64,000 bases of DNA from Myxococcota bacterium (GTDB lineage: Bacteria; Myxococcota_A; UBA9042; PHBI01; JAWLBL01), in contig JAWLBL010000013.1 in assembly GCA_041687695.1 (NCBI GenBank), positions 162,274 through 226,273 on the forward strand, given 5' to 3'. The notes beneath the pieces were generated by a model. It was not told the origin of the DNA, made no database searches, and worked only from the letters and a program-made list of their open reading frames with translations. This document shows positions 35,925 through 43,816 of the stretch, one piece after another (the stretch's first letter is position 1; each line of letters starts with the position of its first letter). The position numbers and the translations under genes are program-made.

Positions 35925-36743
35925 TCAAGCCGGTTCGGGCGCCGGCGCGTCGTCGGGGCGCGGCCGCTTGCCGAGGCGGGGGTAGCCCTCGAAGTGGACC
36001 TGGACCAGGGTCAGGCCGTGCGCGGGCGCGGTCACGCCGGCGGCGGCGCGCGCGCCGGCCGAGAGCAGGGCGTCCAGCGACTCGGGCGCGCGCTGGCCCC
36101 AGCCGACCTCGGCCAGGGTGCCGGCGATCACGCGGACCATGTTGTGCAGGAAGGCGTTGCCGGTGATGTCGAGGGCGAGCAGGCCGTCGGCGCCGAGCTC
36201 GGTGAGGTCGAGGCGGTACATGCGGCGCATCGTGGTCTTCGACACGCAGCTCGACGAGCGGAAGGCGGCGAAGTCGTGCTCGCCGACCAGGCGCTGGGCC
36301 GCGTCCCGCATGGCGCCCAGATCCAGGGCGCGGCGGCGCACCCACCAGGCGGTGCGCCGGTGCAAGGGCAGGGCGCACGGGCCCGTCTGGAACAGGTAGC
36401 GGTAGGTCTTGGCGACCGCCGCGTCGCGGGCGCGGAAGCCGGCGGGCACGTCGCGGGCCTCGACGACCGCCGCGTCGGGCGGCAGGTGGCCGTTGAGGCC
36501 GCGCAAGAAGCCCTCGGCCGGGATGGTCCGGTGCGTCTCGAAGTTCACCGGCATCGCGCGAGCGTGGACGCCGGCGTCGGTGCGCGAGCTGCCGTAGAGC
36601 GTCACGTCGTGGTGGACCATGGCGCGCACGGCCTCGCCCAGCACGCCCTGGACGGTGCGGAGGCCCGGCTGGTGCTGCCAGCCGGCGAAGTCCGTCCCGT
36701 CGTACTGGACGAGCAGCAGGACGTTGCGCGTCGGCTCGCTCAA
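35925..36743 (-). CDS. truA: tRNA pseudouridine(38-40) synthase
   Basis: YDGTDFAGWQ, SRTDAGVHA, HDFAAF, NAFLHNMVR, TAPAHGL; TTG start overlapping the upstream TGA. Confidence 0.95.
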   Translation of the reverse strand: MSEPTRNVLLLVQYDGTDFAGWQHQPGLRTVQGVLGEAVRAMVHHDVTLYGSSRTDAGVHARAMPVNFETHRTIPAEGFLRGLNGHLPPDAAVVEARDVPAGFRARDAAVAKTYRYLFQTGPCALPLHRRTAWWVRRRALDLGAMRDAAQRLVGEHDFAAFRSSSCVSKTTMRRMYRLDLTELGADGLLALDITGNAFLHNMVRVIAGTLAEVGWGQRAPESLDALLSAGARAAAGVTAPAHGLTLVQVHFEGYPRLGKRPRPDDAPAPEPA

Positions 36744-37474
36744 AACTCGAACATGAGCCCGAAGGACAGGGTGTCGTCGCCCAGGTTCCAGCTGTCGTCC
36801 GAGCCGAAGTCGTCGACCCGGTTGATGCTGTACTCGGCGAAGAGGTAGCTGTTGTTCACGCCCGCCTCCTCGTCGAACTCGGTGGCCATGAAGGGCGCGA
36901 AGAAGTCGAGCAGCAGCTGCAGGCCCGCCCCGACGTGCCAGCCCATCGTGCCGCCCTGGCCGGCCCGGGCGACGCCCTCGGGGTCGCGGGTGTTGGCGAT
37001 GTCGTCCTGGGCGTTGGTCACCCACCAGAGGGTGTAGTTCAGACCCGCCTTGAGGTACGGCACCAGCGGGACGCCGTGGTACACCGCGCCCCAGTCGAAG
37101 CGATAGGTGGCGGTCAGCTTGAGCGGCAGCAGGTTGAGCGAGGTCTCGTCGTCGGTCTCGAGGTCCTGGTCCGACAGGGCCTGCCCGTCGACCCAGCCGT
37201 AACCCAGGCTGCCGCCGATGGCGAAGCTGCCGATGCCCTGGTAGATCTGGCGGTCGAGGTGCGCCGTGAACAGCAGGACGCTGTCGCTGCCAAAGATGTC
37301 GTTGTAGGGCGTCGGGCCCGAGAACTCGGTGTCGATGTCGGGCTCGTAGCTGCCGACGTGGAGCTCGAGCATCATCGAGCGCGGCGACTGCGCGTGGGCG
37401 GCGGTCGGGGCGACGGCGACGGCGAGCGCCAGGGCGAGCCCGGCGCGGAGGGGCGGGACCAGGCGGAGCGTCAT
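36740..37474 (-). CDS. Outer-membrane beta-barrel protein (resembles MXAN_2562 family)
   Basis: Signal peptide AHA-Q; amphipathic strands (LVPYLKAGLNY, WHVGAGLQLLLD); C-terminal Phe (FGLMFEF). Family name recalled, not searched. Confidence 0.7.
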   Translation of the reverse strand: MTLRLVPPLRAGLALALAVAVAPTAAHAQSPRSMMLELHVGSYEPDIDTEFSGPTPYNDIFGSDSVLLFTAHLDRQIYQGIGSFAIGGSLGYGWVDGQALSDQDLETDDETSLNLLPLKLTATYRFDWGAVYHGVPLVPYLKAGLNYTLWWVTNAQDDIANTRDPEGVARAGQGGTMGWHVGAGLQLLLDFFAPFMATEFDEEAGVNNSYLFAEYSINRVDDFGSDDSWNLGDDTLSFGLMFEF

Positions 37475-38718
37475 CGGGCCACCTCGGACAGGGACAGCGG
37501 GGCAGGGCCGAAGGCGCCGCGGACCGCGCGCTGGCGGGCGCGGCGGAACAGGAGCGCGGCCAGGGCCAGGGCGAGCAGGACGCAGGGCAGGCCGAAGCGG
37601 GTGGCCAGATCCGCGAACCAGACCAGCGGGACGAGCGCCACGCGGACGGCGCCGCGCAGGACGGGGCGCTCGGCGATGAAGGCCGCGGCGTAGCGGCCCC
37701 AGGTGTAGTAGGTGTCGACGAAGGCGCGGCCGACGCCCGTGGTCATCAGGACCGAGTCGCGGAAGCGCCGCAGCGGCTGCAGCTGACCGGCCATGGGGGT
37801 GCCGTAGGCGGCCGTCGCGATGAAGCAGAAGCCGCCGGTCTCCTGGCCGCCGCTCTCCTGGTAGTGCTCCCAGAAGTCGGTGGTCGGGACGGGCGTGCCC
37901 TCCTCGAGGTTCGACAGGGGGCTGCGGTTGTCCGCGTCGTCGACGGCGACCACCGCGACGAAGTAGGTGACGTCGTTCTCTAGGCCGGCGTCGTCGATGG
38001 CGAAGCTGGTCGCCGTCAGGCCCGAGCGGCTGCGCACCGTGCCCAGGTCGTCCTCGCCGAAGGGCGCCTCGGACCAGTAGACCGTGTAGGTGACCTCGCT
38101 GCTCTCGTTGATCTCGTCGGACCAGTCGACGTTCAGGCGCTGGTCGCCCGGCGTGATGCTGGTGATCTCGGGCGCCTCGGGTGGGTCGAGATCGATCTCG
38201 ATGTCGATGACCTCCTCCTGGGTCGCGGCGCCGGAGACCGCGAGGTAGATGTAGACGCGCGAGGTGGCCTCGATCTCGGTGTCGCAGTCGGTGCCGACGA
38301 GCTTGGACAGCTCGACGTCGAACTCGATCTCGGTCGAGGTCAGGTCGACGTCGGTGGCGACCACGAAGCAGTCCTCCTCGGACACCGGCGCCGTGTTGGT
38401 GGCGGTGCAGGTCCCGCCGGGGCTCGTGTAGGCGACGCCGTACTGGGCCGGGAGGACGGCCGTCGGCGCCGTGCTCAGCAGCCGCGCCTGAAAGCGCGCC
38501 CGTCCGCCCTGGTAGCGCTCGCAGTCCTCGATGTTCACCAGGTGCTCTTGCTCGCCCACGGTGAGCCCGAACCGGTCGCTCAACGTCAGCCCGCTCACGC
38601 CCCGGATGCTTTGGAGCTGGAAGTTCGTGATGTCCGCCAGCGCCTGCGGGGCGGCGCCCCAGGCGAGCCAGCCCGTGAGGGCGAGGGTCAGGAGCCTCCT
38701 GAGGGTGGGTCCGGTCAT
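37471..38718 (-). CDS. Exported fibronectin type III protein with C-terminal CFI-box sorting domain
   Basis: Signal peptide ALA-D; FN3 (PPEAP..ITPGDQRLNVDW...GLENDVTYFVAVVAVDDADNRS); C-terminal GGFCFIATAAYG...LRRFRD, then a hydrophobic and basic tail. Confidence 0.78.
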   Translation of the reverse strand: MTGPTLRRLLTLALTGWLAWGAAPQALADITNFQLQSIRGVSGLTLSDRFGLTVGEQEHLVNIEDCERYQGGRARFQARLLSTAPTAVLPAQYGVAYTSPGGTCTATNTAPVSEEDCFVVATDVDLTSTEIEFDVELSKLVGTDCDTEIEATSRVYIYLAVSGAATQEEVIDIEIDLDPPEAPEITSITPGDQRLNVDWSDEINESSEVTYTVYWSEAPFGEDDLGTVRSRSGLTATSFAIDDAGLENDVTYFVAVVAVDDADNRSPLSNLEEGTPVPTTDFWEHYQESGGQETGGFCFIATAAYGTPMAGQLQPLRRFRDSVLMTTGVGRAFVDTYYTWGRYAAAFIAERPVLRGAVRVALVPLVWFADLATRFGLPCVLLALALAALLFRRARQRAVRGAFGPAPLSLSEVAR

Positions 38719-38780
38719 GGCGTGGTCGTTCCTCGGGCGTCGTCGCGGGATCGTGGAGGTCGGTGGCCTCGCGGCATCGC

Positions 38781-38796
38781 AGCAAGCGGCGTGCCA
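38781..38796 (-). promoter_or_regulatory. sigma54 promoter of the FN3/beta-barrel/truA operon
   Basis: Minus strand TGGCACG-CCGC-TTGCT. Confidence 0.75.
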
Positions 38797-38931
38797 GCGT
38801 GTAGGCTCAATGGATTCAATGGGTTGGGTGCGTCGTCCCGGGGAGTGCGGTGCCATTCTGGCACGGCGGCGGCGGGGCGGCGAACAAACGTGACAATCTG
38901 GCACGCCGCGGGCGGCGGCGCGCCCCGTGGG

Positions 38932-39930
38932 CTACCAGAGGTCTCGCTTGATGACGTCGTCGAGCAGGGTGGCGACGGCGCTGGCGGTGCGGTGCAGGCC
39001 GTCGGCGCAGGCGAAAAAGCGCAGCACGCCGTCGGAGTCACGGCGGAGCTGGCCGATGGACACCTCGTCGAGATCGAGGCTGTCGCGGACGGCCGGGCCT
39101 TCCTCGACCCGCAGGATCTCGGCGCGGGCGTCCAGAGCGGCGACGACCTGCTCGAGGGGCGGGCCTTCGCCGTCGAAGCGGGCGGTGACGACCAGGCCGA
39201 TGCCCGCGAAGAGCGGCACCTGGACCGAGGCGACGCGCAGGTCGACGCCCGCGACGGCGGGGACGAGGCGCGGCAGCTCCATCAGCAGCTCTTGCTCGAT
39301 GGGGTCTTCGCCGTGGCTGGCGCGGCTGGAGCCGGGCAGGACGTTGAAGGCCAGCACGCCGCCGAACGGGCCGGGGTCGGGGATGCCGAACTGCAGGAGG
39401 GCGACCGTCTGGCGCGACAGGGCCTGCTCGCCCTCGCGGCCCGCGTCGGTGGCCGACAGGAGGGCGACCACGTCGAGGCCGGTGAGATCGCCCAAGGTCG
39501 ACAGGGTCTGGACGATGGGCGCCAGGGTGGCGGCGGCCGCGCAGGGGATGGCGAGGCTGCCGGAGTGCTCCTCGGCGGCCTCTCGGTTGAGGGTCGGCCA
39601 GATGAGCGGGACGGCCGGATCGCGGCGCCCGTAGGCGGACAGGTCGATGACCAGGACCCCGGCGGCGACCAGCTCGGCGTGGATGCGCTCGGCGGGCTCG
39701 GCGGGGATGGCCAGGATGGCGACGTCCAGCGCGTCCTTGTCCACCTCGGCCGGGCTGACCACCGACACCGCGCGGCCGCGGAAGCGGACCTCGGCGCCGG
39801 CGGAGCGGGCCCCCGACACGGCGACGAAGTGGTGGACGGGCAGCCCCTCGCCCTCGAGGGCCACCAGCACCTGCGTCCCGAGCGCGCCCGTGGCGCCGTA
39901 CACCGCGAGCGCGATCGTGTCCTCGGCCAT
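38932..39930 (-). CDS. Aspartate-semialdehyde dehydrogenase-like (Usg-type) protein, probably non-catalytic
   Basis: AVYGATGALG, VIDLS, LAFNVLP, VQVPLFAG; catalytic PNC and GH motifs degenerate. Confidence 0.8.
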   Translation of the reverse strand: MAEDTIALAVYGATGALGTQVLVALEGEGLPVHHFVAVSGARSAGAEVRFRGRAVSVVSPAEVDKDALDVAILAIPAEPAERIHAELVAAGVLVIDLSAYGRRDPAVPLIWPTLNREAAEEHSGSLAIPCAAAATLAPIVQTLSTLGDLTGLDVVALLSATDAGREGEQALSRQTVALLQFGIPDPGPFGGVLAFNVLPGSSRASHGEDPIEQELLMELPRLVPAVAGVDLRVASVQVPLFAGIGLVVTARFDGEGPPLEQVVAALDARAEILRVEEGPAVRDSLDLDEVSIGQLRRDSDGVLRFFACADGLHRTASAVATLLDDVIKRDLW

Positions 39931-40092
39931 GCTTACCTCCAGGGCCCCGACCTGGGCGTCGGCGCACGCCGGCCGCGCCTCGGGGACGTTTGGAGCCGCG
40001 GACGCTACCAGGGAAGGCGCCGCCATGCTACATTGGTTCGCGTTGCTCTAAGGCGCTGGCCCGGCCCGACGCGGCGGCGATCGAGGAGGTGC

Positions 40093-41121
40093 ATGAAGGC
40101 GCTGCTCTCACGGTTCCACGCGCTGCTGGCCAGGACGGCGCTGCGGTTCGCGCCGGACAGCCTGCCCGCGCACCTGCGTCTGGGGCAGGCCCTGCACGAT
40201 CTGGGGCGCATGGCCGAGGCGCACGCCACGCTGGCGGCGGCGGTCGACCTGCACCCGGGCGACGCGCGCGGCCACTTCGCGCTGGGGACCACGTTGGCCG
40301 CCCTGGGCTGCCTGCCCGAGGCGCGCATCGCCTTCGCGCGCGCCCGCCGCCTGGACCCGACCAACCCCGAGATCGCCTTCGCGCTGGGCAACATCTACTT
40401 CGAGTGCGCCGAGATCGAGCTGGCCGTGCGCGCCTACGAGGCGGCGATCCGGCTGCGCCCCGACTACGCCCGCGCCTACTTCAACCTGGGGCACGCCTTC
40501 AAGGAAAAGGGCCTGCTGCGCCAGGCGGCCCAGGCCTTCCGCCGGGCGCTGGCGGTCGAGCCGCGCTTTTACAAGGCGCGCTTCATGCTGGCCTACGTCT
40601 ACGCCCTGATGGATCTGAACGACGAGGCCATCGAGCAGTATCGCCTGACCATCCACGCCTCGCCGACCTACGTGAAGGCGCACTACAACCTGGGCAACTG
40701 CTACCTGAAGAAGGGCCAGGTCGCCGAGGCGCTCGAGGCCTACTACACCATCCTCGAGCTCGAGCCGCGCCACGCGCGCGCCCACTTCGCCATCGGGCAG
40801 GCCCTGGTGCGGCGCGGCCGGCTGGCCGAGGCGCTGCTGAGCTTCCAGGAGGCGCTGGGCTGCAAGTCCGAGTTCCCCGAGTGCCATCTGGCCTACGCGC
40901 GGGCCCTCGAGGCGGTCGGCCGCGTGCGCGAGGCCATCCACCACTACCTGGCCTACGTGAACGATCCGGGGGCCCACGAGCAGCGCGCCGAGGTCGAAGC
41001 GCACATCGCGGCCTTGCAACAGTCCCACCCGCGGCGCGAGAGTACCGCCGAGGTGCGAGCCTATCGAGAGACGACCGCGGAGCTGAGGGCCTACCGCGAG
41101 CCGACGCAGACGCGAGGGTAG
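40093..41121 (+). CDS. TPR repeat protein
   Basis: About 8 TPR units (AYFNLG, AHYNLGNCY, AHFAIG); SD GGAGG. Confidence 0.85.
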   Translation: MKALLSRFHALLARTALRFAPDSLPAHLRLGQALHDLGRMAEAHATLAAAVDLHPGDARGHFALGTTLAALGCLPEARIAFARARRLDPTNPEIAFALGNIYFECAEIELAVRAYEAAIRLRPDYARAYFNLGHAFKEKGLLRQAAQAFRRALAVEPRFYKARFMLAYVYALMDLNDEAIEQYRLTIHASPTYVKAHYNLGNCYLKKGQVAEALEAYYTILELEPRHARAHFAIGQALVRRGRLAEALLSFQEALGCKSEFPECHLAYARALEAVGRVREAIHHYLAYVNDPGAHEQRAEVEAHIAALQQSHPRRESTAEVRAYRETTAELRAYREPTQTRG

Positions 41122-41155
41122 CTTGTCGGTCAGGTTGCTGGACGGAGAGCGAGGG

Positions 41156-41866
41156 ATGGCGGAGGCGGAGCTGGAGGTGCGCGGCGGGCGGCCGGGCGCC
41201 TCGCCGGACGCGCGTGGGGGCTCGGAGTCGCCATCGGCCTCGGACGCGCGACGCTCGATGGTGGTGGGCATCGCGGGCGGGACGGGTTCGGGCAAGAGCA
41301 CGCTGGCCCGGCGCCTGGCGCGCGCCCTGGGGCCCGAGCGCTGCGCGATGGTCTCGCAGGACAACTACTACCGCGATCTGTCGGATCTCAGCTTCGAGGC
41401 GCGATCGCACGTCAACTTCGATCACCCCGACAGCATCGAGGCGGATCTCCTGGCGGCCGATCTGGTCGCCCTGCGCCAGGGGCGCACCGTGCACACGCCG
41501 CGCTACGACTTCAGCCGGCACGCGCGCATGAGCGGCGGCAGCGAGGTGCAGCCGCGGCCGATCGTGCTGGTCGAGGGCATCCTGGTGTTCGTGTGGCCCG
41601 AGGTCGCCGAGCTGTGCGACATCAAGATCTTCGTCGACACGGCCGACGACGTGCGCCTGGCGCGGCGCATGCGGCGCGACATCGCCGATCGCGGGCGCGA
41701 CGTCGACAGCGTGCTCAACCAGTACCAGTCGACCGTGCGGCCGATGCACGAGCGGTTCGTCGCGCCGACGCGCCAGATCGCCGACCTGGTCGTGCCGGGG
41801 CACGGCGACAACCAGGTGGTGGTCAAGCTGCTGGCGCGCGCGCTGCAGGACGGGTTGCCGGACTGA
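41156..41866 (+). CDS. udk: Uridine kinase
   Basis: GIAGGTGSGKST, QDNYY, NFDHP, VEGIL, RRMRRD, VRPMH. Confidence 0.92.
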   Translation: MAEAELEVRGGRPGASPDARGGSESPSASDARRSMVVGIAGGTGSGKSTLARRLARALGPERCAMVSQDNYYRDLSDLSFEARSHVNFDHPDSIEADLLAADLVALRQGRTVHTPRYDFSRHARMSGGSEVQPRPIVLVEGILVFVWPEVAELCDIKIFVDTADDVRLARRMRRDIADRGRDVDSVLNQYQSTVRPMHERFVAPTRQIADLVVPGHGDNQVVVKLLARALQDGLPD

Positions 41867-41885
41867 CGCGGGCGCCCGCGGCGGA

Positions 41886-42872
41886 TCAGCGCGCGGCCTC
41901 GGCCAGGAGCAGGCTGGACGGACGCGAGGCCATGTCGCGTCGGGCGCCGGCCGTCTCGATGAGGGCGACCACCTCGGTGCCGATCCCCGGCCTCATGCGC
42001 AGCGCCAGGTGATCGACCATCTGGTAGACGCGGGTCAGGCCCAGGCCGGCGCCGCCCTGCTTGGTGTCGATCTGGTCGGGGCCGCCGCGTAGCCCCTTGG
42101 AGACGAAGCGGCGCGCCGTGACGGCCACCAGGCTGCCGTAGGGGTCGCGGACGGCGACGGCGGCTTGCTGGTCGTCGGCGGCCATGGTCAAGACGGCCGC
42201 GCCGCGCGCCGGCAGCTCGACGCGCTGGCGGCGGTCGAGCGAGGCGAACAGGGGCTTGCCGTTGGCGTCGACCGGGGCGTCGTAGACGGCGTTGGTCACC
42301 AGCTCTTCGGCGGCGTCCTGCAGCAGCGAGACGAGGCGGCGACGCAGGCCGCGCTGCCCGAAGAAGTCGGCGACCACGTCCAGCGCGCCGTCGCGGTCGT
42401 CGCTGCCGCGCAGCGGGACCTCGCAGGTGGCGGCGCCCGGGGCCATCAGGCCGTCCCAGCCGAACGACGGGCCGGCGAGGCGGCAGCGCAGGGCGTGGCG
42501 CAGCTCGCGGTCGCTGGCGAAGTGGTCGCGCGGGACGATGGCGAGGGTCGTGGGCAGGCCGATCAGGGCGGCGAGGCGGTCGTGCTCGCAGGGGCCGCAC
42601 AAGAAGATCACCGGCGCGCCGGCGAGGCGGCCGACGACCGCCTCGAGCGCCTGCGTCGGGCGCGCGCCCAGCAGCTCGGGGTCGATGACCGCGACCGAGA
42701 GCGGCCCCGCGGGGAAGGTCGTCGGGTCGACCGCGGCCACCGGGTCCAGGCCGGCCTCTCTCAGGACGCCGGCGACCCGCGGCTCGTCGAGCGTGCCGAC
42801 GAAGACCAGCGCGCGTCGGGTCACCCCGGCGGGGGCGGCGTTCAGCTTGGCGGTCCCGGCGGGGGTCGGCAT
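41886..42872 (-). CDS. Degenerate receiver-like domain + GHKL ATPase (RsbW/SpoIIAB-like Ser kinase)
   Basis: N box EELVTNAVYDA, D box VRDPYG, G2 GGAGLGL; no His-phosphoacceptor domain evident. Confidence 0.7.
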   Translation of the reverse strand: MPTPAGTAKLNAAPAGVTRRALVFVGTLDEPRVAGVLREAGLDPVAAVDPTTFPAGPLSVAVIDPELLGARPTQALEAVVGRLAGAPVIFLCGPCEHDRLAALIGLPTTLAIVPRDHFASDRELRHALRCRLAGPSFGWDGLMAPGAATCEVPLRGSDDRDGALDVVADFFGQRGLRRRLVSLLQDAAEELVTNAVYDAPVDANGKPLFASLDRRQRVELPARGAAVLTMAADDQQAAVAVRDPYGSLVAVTARRFVSKGLRGGPDQIDTKQGGAGLGLTRVYQMVDHLALRMRPGIGTEVVALIETAGARRDMASRPSSLLLAEAAR

Positions 42873-42877
42873 CGGGG

Positions 42878-43816
42878 CTACTCCGGTAGGGTCGGGACGA
42901 TCGCGGCCTGGCCCACCGACGGCCGGGGCAGCTGGCCCGTGGCCTCGAGGCGGGCGCGCGGGGGTTTGACGTCGGCGGCGCTCGCCGGGACGACGATGGG
43001 GCGGGCCCGCTCGACCAGCGGGGCGCTCTGCATGGCGCGGGCCGCGGCGGCGAAGGCCTTGCCCGTGCCGGCGCGCCAGCCGGCGATGCCGCCGCCCTTG
43101 CCGGCGCCGCCGAGCAGGGCCTGGGTGACGGCGTCCTTGATGGGAGCGGACAGGGCAGCGCCCTGGGGCGCCACGACGACGGCCAGCGGGATGCGGCCGC
43201 CCTGTCCGACGAGGCGCAGGCCCGCGGCGGCCGGATGGTCCAGCGGGGCGAAGGCGGCCGGGGTCACCTGCGCCTTGACGGCGCCCAGGGCCGCCTCGGC
43301 GTCCTTGGCGGGCCGGACCTCGGCGAAGAAGCCCTGGCCCGACACCTCGCCGGCCAGGGCCGCGTTGATGAAGTAGCGGGCGTTGTCGGCCCCGACCTCG
43401 GGGACGCTGAGCACCTTGCCGCGCAGGCTCATGAGGTTCGCCACGTCGGGCGCGGCGTACAGGGCGGCGAGGGGGCCCTCTTCGCCCCGGCCGTCGACGG
43501 CGTGGGCCAGGATGACGCCCGTCCGGCCGACCTGGAACAGTCCGTCGGTCACAAGCACGTCGACCTTGCCGGCGGCCAGGAAGCTGAGCAGGTCGGCGCG
43601 CTTGGCGAAGGCGCGGGCCTCGAAGGTCAGCTGGCCCCCGGCGGCCTGGCTCATCGCTCTGGCCAGGGCGTCGGCGTAGGCGCTGCGCTCGGTGTTCGAG
43701 GCGAAAGAGGCCTGCGGCAGGTAGACGCCGACGCTGACCGTCTGGGCGGCCGCGAGGCCCGGCGCCAGCAGCGTCAGGGCGAGCAGGACGACGGCGAGCA
43801 GGCGACGCGAGCGCAT
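42878..43816 (-). CDS. Exported periplasmic-binding-protein-like (PhnD/SsuA-type) protein
   Basis: Signal peptide AAA-Q; GKVDVL, SLRGKVL, AALGAVK..AAF patterns of type II binding proteins; TGATG overlap with the upstream gene. Confidence 0.6.
   Translation of the reverse strand: MRSRRLLAVVLLALTLLAPGLAAAQTVSVGVYLPQASFASNTERSAYADALARAMSQAAGGQLTFEARAFAKRADLLSFLAAGKVDVLVTDGLFQVGRTGVILAHAVDGRGEEGPLAALYAAPDVANLMSLRGKVLSVPEVGADNARYFINAALAGEVSGQGFFAEVRPAKDAEAALGAVKAQVTPAAFAPLDHPAAAGLRLVGQGGRIPLAVVVAPQGAALSAPIKDAVTQALLGGAGKGGGIAGWRAGTGKAFAAAARAMQSAPLVERARPIVVPASAADVKPPRARLEATGQLPRPSVGQAAIVPTLPE

Noticed and set aside
36740..38785. 681-aa ORF suggesting an FN3-barrel (autotransporter-like) fusion
   Set aside because: The barrel has its own ATG, SD and signal peptide at 37474; the upstream part of that frame is a shadow of the FN3 gene.
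38859..38915. Plus-strand TGGCACG matches (38859, 38899) and GGCACGG at 55090 as extra sigma54 promoters
   Set aside because: No TTGC -12 element at the right spacing; the first two are better explained as palindrome half-sites.
38542..41121. 859-aa ORF; similarly 20297-23353, 42878-45808 and 27927-29756
   Set aside because: Only the 3' parts are real genes (starts at 40093, 21217, 43816 and about 29291); the extensions overlap other genes.
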